A stretch of DNA of 64,000 nucleotides from contig OZ024742.1 of NCBI GenBank assembly GCA_964016885.1, positions 167,524,001 to 167,588,000 of the forward strand, written 5' to 3'. The notes below the pieces were generated by a model. It was not told where the DNA came from. It searched no databases and saw only the letters and a list, made by a program, of their open reading frames with translations. The position numbers and the translations under genes were made by a program. The stretch comes from Eledone cirrhosa. Its lineage: Eukaryota. This document shows, piece by piece, positions 51,641 to 64,000 of the stretch; the first letter of the stretch is position 1, and every line of letters begins with the position of its first letter.

Positions 51641-54600
51641 GATAATTTGTAAAAAAATCAGGGGGAGATAATTTGTAAAAAAAAAATCAGGGGTAGATAA
51701 TTTGTAAAAAAAAATCAGGGGGAGATAATTTGTAGCCGTCCAAGGGGAGATAATTTTCAGCCGTCCAAGGAGAGGTAATTTCTAGACGTCCAAGGGGAGA
51801 TAATTTCCAGCCGTCCAAGGGGAGATAATTTCCAGCCTTCCAAGGGTAGATAATATCCAGCCGTCCAAGGAGACATATTTTCCAGCTTTCCAAGGAGAGG
51901 TAATTTCTATCCGTCCAAGGGGAGATAAATTCCAGCCTCCAAGGGGAGATAATTTCCAGCCAGCCAAGGGAAGGAAATATTTAAAAAAATCAGGCGGAGA
52001 TAATTTGTAAAAAAAATCAGGGGGAGATAATTTGTAAAAAAATCAGGGGGAGATAATTTGTAAAAAAAAAATCAGGGGGAGATAATTTGTAAAAAAAAAT
52101 CAGGGGTAGATGATTTGTAAAAAAAAATCAGGGGGAGATAATTTGTAAAAAAAAATCAGGGGGAGATAATTTGTAAAAAAAATCAAGGGGAGATAATTTC
52201 CAGCCGTCCAAGGAGAGATAATTTTAAAAAAAAATCAGGCGGAGATAATTTGTAAAAAAAATCAAGGGGAGATAATTTGTAAAAAAAAATCAGGGGGAGA
52301 TAATTTGTAAAAAAAATCAAGGGGAGATAATTTCCAGCCGTCCAAGGGAAGATAATTTCCAGCACTCCAAGGGGCTATAATTTCCAGTGTCCAAGGGGAG
52401 ATAATTTCCAGCCAGCGAAGGGGAGATAATTTTTTTAAAAAAATCAGGGGGAGATATGTAAAAAAAATCAGAGGGAGATAATTTCCAGCCGTCCAAAGAG
52501 AGATAATTTCTAGCCGTCCAAGGGGAGAAAATTTCCAGCCAAGGGGAGATAATTTCCAGCCGTCCAAGGGGAGATAATTTTTTAAAAAATCAGGGGGAGA
52601 TAATTTGTAAAAACAAAATCAAGGGCAGATAATTTCCAGCTGTCCAAGGGGAGATAGTTTCCAGCCGTGCAAGGGGAGATAATTTCCAGCCGTCCAAGGG
52701 GAGATAATTTCCATACTTCCAAGGGGAGATAATTTCCAGCCGTCCAAGGGGAGATAATTTCCCGCCAGCCAAGGGAAGATAATTTGTAAAAAAATCAGGG
52801 GGAGATAATTTGTAAAAAAAAAATCAGGGGGAGATAATTTGTAAAAAAAAAATCAGGGGTAGATAATTTGTTAAAAAATCAGGGGGAGATAATTTGTAAA
52901 AAAATCAGGGGGAGATAATTTGTAAAAAAAAAATCAGGGGTAGATAATTTGTAAAAAAAAATCAGGGGGAGATAATTTGTAGCCGTCCAAGGGGAGATAA
53001 TTTTCAGCCGTCCAAGGAGAGGTAATTTCTAGACGTCCAAGGGGAGATAATTTCCAGCCAGCCAAGGGGAGATAATTTGTAAAAAAATCAGGGGGAGATA
53101 ATTTGTAAAAAAAATCAGGGGGAGATAATTTGTAAAAAAAAATCAGGGGGAGATAATTTGTAAAAAAAAATCAGGGGGAGATAATTTGTAAAAAAAAATC
53201 AGGGGGAGATAATTTCCAGCCGTCCAAGGGGAGATAATTTTCAGCCGTCCAAGGGTAGATAATATCCAGCCGTCCAAGTAGACATTTTCCAGCCGTCCAA
53301 GGAGAGGTAATTTCTAGCCGTCCAAGGGGAGATAAATTCCAGCCTCCAAGGGAAGATAATTTCCAGCCAGCCAAGGGGAGATAATTTGTAAAAAAATCAG
53401 GGGGAGATAATTTGTAAAAAAAATCAGGGGGAGATAATTTGTAAAAAAAAATCAGGTGGAGATAATTTGTAAAAAAAAATCAGGGGGAGATAATTTGTAA
53501 AAAAAATCAAGGGGAGATAATTTCCAGCCGTCCAAGGGGAGATAATTTTCAGCCGTCCAAGGGGAGATAATTTCCAGCCGTCCAAGGGGAGATAATTTCC
53601 ATCCTTCCAAGGGGAGATAATTTCCAGCCGTCCAAGGGGAGATAATTTTCAGCCGTCCAAGGGGAGATAATTTCCAGCCGTCCAAGGGGAGATAATTTCC
53701 AGCCGTCCAAGGGGAAATAATTTTTTAAAAAAAATCAGGCGGAGATAATTTGTAAAAAAAATTAGGGGGAGATAATTTGTAAAAAAAAATCAGGGGGAGA
53801 TAATTTGTAAAAAAAAATCAGGGGGAGATAATTTCCAGCCGTCCAAGGTAAGATAATTTCCAGCCCTCCAAGGGGCTATAATTTCCAGCATCCAAGGGGA
53901 GATAATTTCCAGCCGTCCAAGGGTAGATAATATCCAGCCGTCCAAGTAGACATATTTTCCAGCCGTCCAAGGAGAGGTAATTTCTAGCCGTCCAAGGGGA
54001 GATAAATTCCAGCCTCCAAGGGGAGATAATTTAGAGCCAGCCAAGGGGAGATAATTTGTAAAAAAATCAGGGGGAGATAATTTGTAAAAAAAATCAGGGG
54101 GAGATAATTTGTAAAAAAAAATCAGGGGGAGATAATTTGTAAAAAAAAATTAGGGGGAGATAATTTGTAAAAAAAAATCAGGGGGAGATAATTTCCAGCC
54201 GTCCAAGGGGAGATAATTTTCAGCCGTCCAAGGGTAGATAATATCCAGCCGTCCAAGTAGACATTTTCCAGCCGTCCAAGGAGAGGTAATTTCTAGCCGT
54301 CCAAGGGGAGATAAATTCCAGCCTCCAAGGGGAGATAATTTCCAGCCAGCCAAGGGGAGATAATTTGTAAAAAAATCAGGGGGAGATAATTTGTAAAAAA
54401 AAATCAGGGGGAGATAATTTGTAAAAAAAAATCAGGGGGAGATAATTTGTAAAAAAAAATCAGGGGGAGATAATTTGTAAAAAAAATCAAGGGGAGATAA
54501 TTTCCAGCCGTCCAAGGGGAGATAATTTTCAGCCGTCCAAGGGGAGATAATTTCCAGCCGTCCAAGGGGAGATAATTTCCATCCTTCCAAGGGGAGATAA

Positions 54601-57600
54601 TTTCCAGCCGTCCAAGGGGAGATAATTTTCAGTCGTCCAAGGGGAGATAATTTCCCGCCAGCCAAGGGAAGATAATATTTTTAAAAATCAGGCGGAGATA
54701 ATTTGTAAAAAAAATCAGGGGGAGATAATTTGTAAAAAAATCAGGGGGAGATAATTTGTAAAAAAAAAATCAGGGGGAGATAATTTGTAAAAAAAATCAG
54801 GGGGAGATAATTTGTAAAAAAAAAATCAGGGGTAGATAATTTGTAAAAAAAAATCAGGGGGAGATAATTTGTAAAAAAAAAATCAGGGGGAGATAATTTG
54901 TAAAAAAATCAGGGGGAGATAATTTGTAAAAAAAAATCAGGGGGAGATAATTTCCAGCCGTCCAAGGGGAGATAATTTTCAGCCGTCCAAGGGGAGATAA
55001 TTTCCCGCCAGCCAAGGGAAGATAATATTTAAAAAAATCAGGCGGAGATAATTTGTAAAAAAAATCAGGGGGAGATAATTTGTAAAAAAATCAGGGGGAG
55101 ATAATTTGTAAAAAAAATCAAGGGGAGATAATTTCCAGCCGTCCAAGGGGAGGTAATATCTAGCCGTCCAAGGGGAGATAATTTCCAGCCGTCCAACAGG
55201 AGATAATTTCCAGCCGTCCAAGGGTAGATAATATCCAGCCGTCCAAGGAGACATATTTTCCAGCCGTCCAAGGAGAGGTAATTTCTAGCCGTCCAAGGGG
55301 AGATAAATTCCAGCCTCCAAGGGGAGATAATTTCCAGCCAGCCAAGGGGAGATAATTTGTAAAAAAAATCAGGGGGAGATAATTTGTAAAAAAAAAATCA
55401 GGGGGAGATAATTTGTAAAAAAAAAATCAGGGGTAGATAATTTGTAAAAAAAATCAGGGGGAGATAATTTGTAAAAAAATCAGGGGGAGATAATTTGTAA
55501 AAAAAAAATCAGGGGTAGATAATTTGTAAAAAAAAATCAGGGGGAGATAATTTGTAGCCGTCCAAGGGGAGATAATTTTCAGCCGTCCAAGGAGAGGTAA
55601 TTTCTAGACGTCCAAGGGGAGATAATTTCCAGCCGTCCAAGGGGAGATAATTTCCAGCCGTCCAAGGGTAGATAATATCCAGCCGTCCAAGGAGACATAT
55701 TTTCCAGCTTTCCAAGGAGAGGTAATTTCTATCCGTCCAAGGGGAGATAAATTCCAGCCTCCAAGGGGAGATAATTTCCAGCCAGCCAAGGGAAGGAAAT
55801 ATTTAAAAAAATCAGGCGGAGATAATTTGTAAAAAAAATCAGGGGGAGATAATTTGTAAAAAAATCAGGGGGAGATAATTTGTAAAAAAAAAATCAGGGG
55901 GAGATAATTTGTAAAAAAAAATCAGGGGTAGATGATTTGTAAAAAAAAATCAGGGGGAGATAATTTGTAAAAAAAAATCAGGGGGAGATAATTTGTAAAA
56001 AAAATCAAGGGGAGATAATTTCCAGCCGTCCAAGGAGAGATAATTTTTAAAAAAAATCAGGCGGAGATAATTTGTAAAAAAAATCAAGGGGAGATAATTT
56101 GTAAAAAAAAATCAGGGGGAGATAATTTGTAAAAAAAATCAAGGGGAGATAATTTCCAGCCGTCCAAGGGAAGATAATTTCCAGCACTCCAAGGGGCTAT
56201 AATTTCCAGTGTCCAAGGGGAGATAATTTCCAGCCAGCGAAGGGGAGATAATTTTTTTAAAAAAATCAGGGGGAGATATGTAAAAAAAATCAGAGGGAGA
56301 TAATTTCCAGCCGTCCAAAGAGAGATAATTTCTAGCCGTCCAAGGGGAGAAAATTTCCAGCCAAGGGGAGATAATTTCCAGCCGTCCAAGGGGAGATAAT
56401 TTTTTAAAAAATCAGGGGGAGATAATTTGTAAAAACAAAATCAAGGGCAGATAATTTCCAGCTGTCCAAGGGGAGATAGTTTCCAGCCGTGCAAGGGGAG
56501 ATAATTTCCAGCCGTCCAAGGGGAGATAATTTCCATACTTCCAAGGGGAGATAATTTCCAGCCGTCCAAGGGGAGATAATTTCCCGCCAGCCAAGGGAAG
56601 ATAATTTGTAAAAAAATCAGGGGGAGATAATTTGTAAAAAAAAAATCAGGGGGAGATAATTTGTAAAAAAAAAATCAGGGGTAGATAATTTGTAAAAAAA
56701 ATCAGGGGGAGATAATTTGTAAAAAAATCAGGGGGAGATAATTTGTAAAAAAAAAATCAGGGGTAGATAATTTGTAAAAAAAAATCAGGGGGAGATAATT
56801 TGTAGCCGTCCAAGGGGAGATAATTTTCAGCCGTCCAAGGAGAGGTAATTTCTAGACGTCCAAGGGGAGATAATTTCCAGCCAGCCAAGGGGAGATAATT
56901 TGTAAAAAAATCAGGGGGAGATAATTTGTAAAAAAAATCAGGGGGAGATAATTTGTAAAAAAAAATCAGGGGGAGATAATTTGTAAAAAAAAATCAGGGG
57001 GAGATAATTTCCAGCCGTCCAAGGTAAGATAATTTCCAGCCCTCCAAGGGGCTATAATTTCCAGCATCCAAGGGGAGATAATTTCCAGCCGTCCAAGGGT
57101 AGATAATATCCAGCCGTCCAAGTAGACATATTTTCCAGCCGTCCAAGGAGAGGTAATTTCTAGCCGTCCAAGGGGAGATAAATTCCAGCCTCCAAGGGGA
57201 GATAATTTCCAGCCAGCCAAGGGGAGATAATTTGTAAAAAAATCAGGGGGAGATAATTTGTAAAAAAAATCAGGGGGAGATAATTTGTAAAAAAAAATCA
57301 GGGGGAGATAATTTGTAAAAAAAAATTAGGGGGAGATAATTTGTAAAAAAAAATCAGGGGGAGATAATTTCCAGCCGTCCAAGGGGAGATAATTTTCAGC
57401 CGTCCAAGGGTAGATAATATCCAGCCGTCCAAGTAGACATTTTCCAGCCGTCCAAGGAGAGGTAATTTCTAGCCGTCCAAGGGGAGATAAATTCCAGCCT
57501 CCAAGGGGAGATAATTTCCAGCCAGCCAAGGGGAGATAATTTGTAAAAAAATCAGGGGGAGATAATTTGTAAAAAAAAATCAGGGGGAGATAATTTGTAA

Positions 57601-60600
57601 AAAAAAATCAGGGGGAGATAATTTGTAAAAAAAAATCAGGGGGAGATAATTTGTAAAAAAAATCAAGGGGAGATAATTTCCAGCCGTCCAAGGGGAGATA
57701 ATTTTCAGCCGTCCAAGGGGAGATAATTTCCAGCCGTCCAAGGGGAGATAATTTCCATCCTTCCAAGGGGAGATAATTTCCAGCCGTCCAAGGGGAGATA
57801 ATTTTCAGTCGTCCAAGGGGAGATAATTTCCCGCCAGCCAAGGGAAGATAATATTTTTAAAAATCAGGCGGAGATAATTTGTAAAAAAAATCAGGGGGAG
57901 ATAATTTGTAAAAAAATCAGGGGGAGATAATTAGTAAAAAAAAAATCAGGGGGAGATAATTTGTAAAAAAAATCAGGGGGAGATAATTTGTAAAAAAAAA
58001 ATCAGGGGTAGATAATTTGTAAAAAAAAATCAGGGGGAGATAATTTGTAAAAAAAAATCAGGGGGAGATAATTTGTAAAAAAATCAGGGGGAGATAATTT
58101 GTAAAAAAAAATCAGGGGGAGATAATTTCCAGCCGTCCAAGGGGAGATAATTTTCAGCCGTCCAAGGGGAGATAATTTCCCGCCAGCCAAGGGAAGATAA
58201 TATTTAAAAAAATCAGGCGGAGATAATTTGTAAAAAAAATCAGGGGGAGATAATTTGTAAAAAAATCAGGGGGAGATAATTTGTAAAAAAAATCAAGGGG
58301 AGATAATTTCCAGCCGTCCAAGGGGAGGTAATATCTAGCCGTCCAAGGGGAGATAATTTCCAGCCGTCCAACAGGAGATAATTTCCAGCCGTCCAAGGGT
58401 AGATAATATCCAGCCGTCCAAGGAGACATATTTTCCAGCCGTCCAAGGAGAGGTAATTTCTAGCCGTCCAAGGGGAGATAAATTCCAGCCTCCAAGGGGA
58501 GATAATTTCCAGCCAGCCAAGGGGAGATAATTTGTAAAAAAAATCAGGGGGAGATAATTTGTAAAAAAAATCAGGGGGAGATAATTTGTAAAAAAAATCA
58601 GGGGGAGATAATTTGTAAAAAAAAATCAGGGGGAGATAATTTGTAAAAAAAATCAGGGGGAGATAATTTGTAAAAAAAATCAAGGGGAGATAATTTCCAG
58701 CCGTCCAAGGGGAGATAATTTTCAGCCGTCCAAGGGGAGATAATTTCCCGCCAGCCAAGGGAAGATAATATTTAAAAAATGAGGCGGAGATAATTTGTAA
58801 AAAAATCAGGGGGAGATAATTTGTAAAAAAAAAATCAGGGGGAGATAATTTGTAAAAAAAATCAGGGGGAGATAATTTGTAAAAAAAAATCAGGGGTAGA
58901 TAATTTGTAAAAAAAAATCAGGGGGAGATAATTTGTAAAAAAAATCAAGGGGAGATAATTTCCAGCCGTCCAAGGGAAGATAATTTCAAGCCCTCCAAGG
59001 GGCTATAATTTCCAGTGTCCAAGGGGAGATAATTTCCAGCCAGCGAAGGGGAGATAATTTTTTTTAAAAATCAGGGGGAGATTTGTAAAAAAAATCAGGG
59101 GGAGATAATTTGTAAAAAAAATCAAGGGGAGATAATTTCCAGCCGTCGAAGGGAAGATAATTTCCAGCCCTCCAAGGGGCTATAATTTCCAGCGTCCAAG
59201 GGGAGATAATTTCCAGCCAGCGAAGGGGAGATGATTTTTTTAAAAAAATCATTGGGAGATTTGTAAAAAAAATCAGGGAGAGATAATTTGTAAAAAAAAT
59301 CAAGGGGAGATAATTTCCAGCCGTCCAAGGGGAGGTAATATCTAGCCGTCCAAGGGGAGATAATTTCCAGCCGTCCAAGGGGAGATAATTTCCAGCCGTC
59401 CAAGGGTAGATAATATCCAGCCGTCCAAGTAGACATTTTCCAGCCGTCCAAGGAGAGGTAATTTCTAGCCGTCCAAGGGGAGATAAATTCCAGCCTCCAA
59501 GGGGAGATAATTTCCAGCCAGCCAAGGGGAGATAATTTGTAAAAAAATCAGGGGGAGATAATTTGTAAAAAAATCAGGGGGAGATAATTTGTAAAAAAAA
59601 ATCAGGGGGAGATAATTTGTAAAAAAAAATCAGGGGGAGATAATTTGTAAAAAAAAATCAGGGGGAGATAATTTGTAAAAAAAATCAAGGGGAGATAATT
59701 TCCAGCCGTCCAAGGGGAGATAATTTTCAGCCGTCCAAGGGGAGATAATTTCCAGCCGTCCAAGGGGAGATAATTTCCATCCTTCCAAGGGGAGATAATT
59801 TCCAGCCGTCCAAGGGGAGATAATTTCCCGCCAGCCAAGGTAAGATAATTTTTAAAAAAATCAGGCGGAGATTGTAAAAAAAATCAGGGGGAGATAATTT
59901 GTAAAAAAATCAGGGGGAGATAATTTGTAAAAAAAAAATCAGGGGGAGACAATTTGTAAAAAAAATCAGGGGGAAATAATTTGTAAAAAAAAATCAAGGG
60001 GAGATAATTTGTACAAAAAATCAGGGGTATATAATTTGTAAAAAAAATCAGGGGGAGATAATTTGTAAAAAAAAATCAGGGGGAGATAATTTGTAAAAAA
60101 AATCAAGGGGAGATAATTTGCAGCCGTCCAAGGGGAGATAATTTTAAGCCGTCCAAGGAGAGGTAATTTCTAGCCGTCCAAGGTGAGATAATATCCAGCC
60201 GTCCAAGGGGAGATAATTTTTAAAAAAAAACAGGCGAAGATAATTTGTAAAAAAAAAATCAGGGGGAGATAATTTGTAAAAAAAAATCAGGGGGAGATAA
60301 TTTGTAAAAAAAAATCAGGGGGAGGTAATTTGTAAAAAAAATCAAGGGGAGATAATTTCCAGCCGTCCAAGGGAAGATAATTTCCAGCCCTCCAAGGGGC
60401 TATAATTTCCAGCGTCCAAGGGGAGATAATTTCCAGCCAGCGAAGGGGAGATAATTTTTTTTTTTTTAAATCAGGGGAACATAATTTGTAAAAAAAATCA
60501 GGAGGAGATAATTTGTAAAAAAAATCAAGGGGAGATAATTTGTAAAAAAAAATCAGGGGGAGATAATTTGTAAAAAAAAATCAGGGGGAGATAATTTGTA

Positions 60601-63600
60601 AAAAAAATCAAGGGGAGATAATTTGTAAAAAAAAATCAAGGGGAGATAATTTCCAGCCGTCCAAGGGGAGATAATTTTAAGCCGTCCAAGGGGAGATAAT
60701 TTCCCGCCAGCCAAGGAAAGATAATATTTAAAAAAATCAGGCGGAGATAATTTGTAAAAAAAATCAGGGGGAGATAATTTGTAAAAAAATCAGGGGGAGA
60801 TAATTTGTAAAAAAAAAATCAGGGGGAGAAAATTTGTAAAAAAAAATCAGGGGGAGATAATTTGTAGCCGTCCAAGGGGAGATAATTTTCAGCCGTCCAA
60901 GGAGAGGTAATTTCTAGACGTCCAAGGGGAGATAATTTCCAGCCGTCCAAGGGGAGATAATTTCCAGCCGTCCAAGGGTAGATAATATCCAGCCGTCCAA
61001 GGAGACATATTTTCCAGCTTTCCAAGGAGAGGTAATTTCTATCCGTCCAAGGGGAGATAAATTCCAGCCTCCAAGGGGAGATAATTTCCAGCCAGCCAAG
61101 GGAAGGAAATATTTAAAAAAATCAGGCGGAGATAATTTGTAAAAAAAATCAGGGGGAGATAATTTGTAAAAAAATCAGGGGGAGATAATTTGTAAAAAAA
61201 AAATCAGGGGGAGATAATTTGTAAAAAAAAATCAGGGGTAGATGATTTGTAAAAAAAAATCAGGGGGAGATAATTTGTAAAAAAAAATCAGGGGGAGATA
61301 ATTTGTAAAAAAAATCAAGGGGAGATAATTTCCAGCCGTCCAAGGAGAGATAATTTTTAAAAAAAATCAGGCGGAGATAATTTGTAAAAAAAATCAAGGG
61401 GAGATAATTTGTAAAAAAAAATCAGGGGGAGATAATTTGTAAAAAAAATCAAGGGGAGATAATTTCCAGCCGTCCAAGGGAAGATAATTTCCAGCACTCC
61501 AAGGGGCTATAATTTCCAGTGTCCAAGGGGAGATAATTTCCAGCCAGCGAAGGGGAGATAATTTTTTTAAAAAAATCAGGGGGAGATATGTAAAAAAAAT
61601 CAGAGGGAGATAATTTCCAGCCGTCCAAAGAGAGATAATTTCTAGCCGTCCAAGGGGAGAAAATTTCCAGCCAAGGGGAGATAATTTCCAGCCGTCCAAG
61701 GGGAGATAATTTTTTAAAAAATCAGGGGGAGATAATTTGTAAAAACAAAATCAAGGGCAGATAATTTCCAGCTGTCCAAGGGGAGATAGTTTCCAGCCGT
61801 GCAAGGGGAGATAATTTCCAGCCGTCCAAGGGGAGATAATTTCCATACTTCCAAGGGGAGATAATTTCCAGCCGTCCAAGGGGAGATAATTTCCCGCCAG
61901 CCAAGGGAAGATAATTTGTAAAAAAATCAGGGGGAGATAATTTGTAAAAAAAAAATCAGGGGGAGATAATTTGTAAAAAAAAAATCAGGGGTAGATAATT
62001 TGTAAAAAAAATCAGGGCTAGATAATTTGTAAAAAAAAATCAGGGGAAGATAATTTGTAAAAAAAAATCAGGGGGAGATAATTTGTAAAAAAATCAAGGG
62101 GAGATAATATGCAGCCGTCCAAGGGGAGATAATTTTCAGCCGTCCAAGGAGAGGTAATTTCTAGCCGTCCAAGGGGAGATAATTTCCAGCCGTCCAAGGG
62201 GAGATAATTTCCAGCCGTCCAAGGGGAGATAGTTTTTTTAAAAAATCAGCCGGAGATAATTTGTAAAAAAAAAATCAGGGGGAGATAATTTGTAAAAAAA
62301 AATCAGAGGGAGATAATTTGTAAAAAAAAATCAGGGGGAGATAATTTGTAAAAAAAATCAAGGGGAGATAATTTCCAGCCCTCCAAGGGAAGATAATTTC
62401 CAGCCCTCGAAGGGGCTATAATTTCCAGCGTCCAAGGGGAGATAATTTCCAGCCAGCGAAGGGGAGATAATTTTTTTAAAAAAATCATTGGGAGATTTGT
62501 AAAAAAAATCAGGGGGAGATAATTAGTAAAAAAAATCAAGGGGAGATAATTTCCAGCCGTCCAAGGGGAGGTAATATCTAGCCGTCCAAGGGGAGATAAT
62601 TTCCAGCCGTCCAAGGGGAGATAATTTCCAGCCGTCCAAGGGTAGATAATATCCAGCCGTCCAAGTAGACATTTTCCAGCCGTCCAAGGAGAGGTAATTT
62701 CTAGCCGTCCAAGGGCAGATAAATTCCAGCCTCCAAGGGGAGATAATTTCCAGCCAGCCAAGGGGAGATAATTTGTAAAAAAATCAGGGGGAGATAATTT
62801 GTAAAAAAAATCAGGGGGAGATAATTTGTAAAAAAAAATCAGGGGGAGATAATTTGTAAAAAAAAATCAGGGGGAGATAATTTGTAAAAAAAAATCAGGG
62901 GGAGATAATTTGTAAAAAAAAATCAGGGGGAGATAATTTCTAAAAAAATCAAGGGGAGATAATTTCCAGCCGTCCAAGGGGAGATAATTTTCAGCCGTCC
63001 AAGGGGAGATAATTTCCAGCCGTCCAAGGGGAGATAATTTCCATCCTTCCAAGGGGAGATAATTTCCAGCCGTCCAAGGGGAGATAATTTTCAGCCGTCC
63101 AAGGGGAGATAATTTCCCGCCAGCCAAGGGAAGATAATATTTTAAAAAATCAGGCGGAGATAATTTGTAAAAAAAATCAGGGGGAGATAATTTGTAAAAA
63201 AATCAGGGGGAGATAATTTGTAAAAAAAAAATCAGGGGGAGATAATTTGTAAAAAAAATCAGGGGGAGATAATTTGTAAAAAAAAATCAGGGGTAGATAA
63301 TTTGTAAAAAAAAATCAGGGGGAGATAATTTGTAAAAAAAAAATCAGGGGGAGATAATTTGTAAAAAAAATCAAGGGGAGATAATTTCCAGCCGTCCAAG
63401 GAGAGATAATTTTTTAAAAAAATCAGGCGGAGATAATTTGTAAAAAAAAATCAAGGGGAGATAATTTGTAAAAAAAAATCAAGGGGAGATAATTTGTAAA
63501 AAAAATCAAGGGGAGATAATTTCCAGCCGTCCAAGGGAAGATAATTTCCAGCACTCCAAGGGGCTATAATTTCCAGTGTCCAAGGGGAGATAATTTCCAG

Positions 63601-64000
63601 CCAGCGAAGGGGAGATAATTTTTTTTAAAAAATCAGGGGGAGATATGTAAAAAAAATCAGAGGGAGATAATTTCTAAAAAAAATCAAAGGGAGATAATTT
63701 CCAGCCGTCCAAAGAGAGATAATTTCTAGCCGTCCAAGGGGAGATAATTTCCAGCCAAGGGGAGATAATTTCCAGCCGTCCAAGGGGAGATAATTATTTA
63801 AAAAATCAGGTGGAGATAATTTGTAAAAAAAATCAGGGGGAGATAATTTGTAAAAACAAAATCAAGGGCAGATAATTTCCAGCTGTCCAAGGGGAGATAA
63901 TTTCCAGCCGTGCAAGGGGAGATAATTTCCAGCCGTCCAAGGGGAGATAATTTCCATCCTTCCAAGGGGAGATAATGTCCAGCCGTCCAAGGGGAGATAA
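50303..64000 (+). repeat. Copy 2 of the >=13.7-kb segment, running off the window end
   Basis: Matches 20215-33912 at constant offset 30088 up to the last base. Confidence 0.96.

Larger units (their letters stand above)
1..64000. repeat. Composite tandem satellite array of 25-bp (A) and ~27-bp (B) monomers sharing the core CARGGGGAGATAATTT; runs to both window edges
   Basis: GGGGAGATAATTT or a close variant recurs about every 21-29 bp from base 1 to 64000, always on the same strand, followed by either CCAGCCGTCCAA or GT(A)7-10TCA. No non-repeat interruption seen. Confidence 0.99.

Noticed and set aside
324-63127. Many minus-strand ORFs (LDGWKLSPLGRLEIISPWTAGNYLP / YKLSPPDFF repeats)
   Set aside because: The reverse complement of the 25-bp monomer has no stop codon, so three units give a 25-aa repeat in all frames. 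The ORFs overlap in several frames, mostly start at TTG within the repeat, and frameshift with A-tract length. Artefacts, not genes.
1-64000. CRISPR-like constant repeat with variable spacers
   Set aside because: The constant part is only ~16 bp, and the intervening 9-13 bp falls into two repeated classes rather than unique spacers. No cas genes or leader.
1-64000. Telomerase-type long telomeric repeat (as in 25-bp yeast repeats)
   Set aside because: Two monomer types, inherited point variants and kb-scale duplications indicate recombinational amplification, not template-directed synthesis. No recognisable telomere motif.
1-64000. Transposon, rDNA spacer or plasmid iteron origin
   Set aside because: No terminal repeats, target-site duplications, rRNA or rep gene, and no unique sequence anywhere in 64 kb.

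Overview
The whole 64 kb window is one uninterrupted, same-orientation composite tandem satellite, most likely eukaryotic heterochromatin (centromeric, pericentromeric or subtelomeric; organism not identifiable from the sequence). I found no unique sequence, genes, RNA genes, transposons or CRISPR. Two monomers share a 16-bp core, CARGGGGAGATAATTT: type A (25 bp, AAGGGGAGATAATTTCCAGCCGTCC) and type B (26-29 bp, AGGGGGAGATAATTTGT-A7-10-TC). They alternate in short blocks of mostly 1-9 units, joined by stereotyped junction monomers, and the blocks form a few recognisable variant cassettes shuffled in an irregular order. Above that are nested, near-identical duplications with offsets of about 1.25, 3.4, 3.5, 3.8, 3.9, 4.6, 6.0, 6.2, 10.1 and 30.1 kb. 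All predicted ORFs are minus-strand translation artefacts of the repeat. The interest lies in the satellite's architecture and mutation history; I see no evidence for a new protein-coding system. Duplication boundaries were read by eye and from ORF-track offsets and are approximate.
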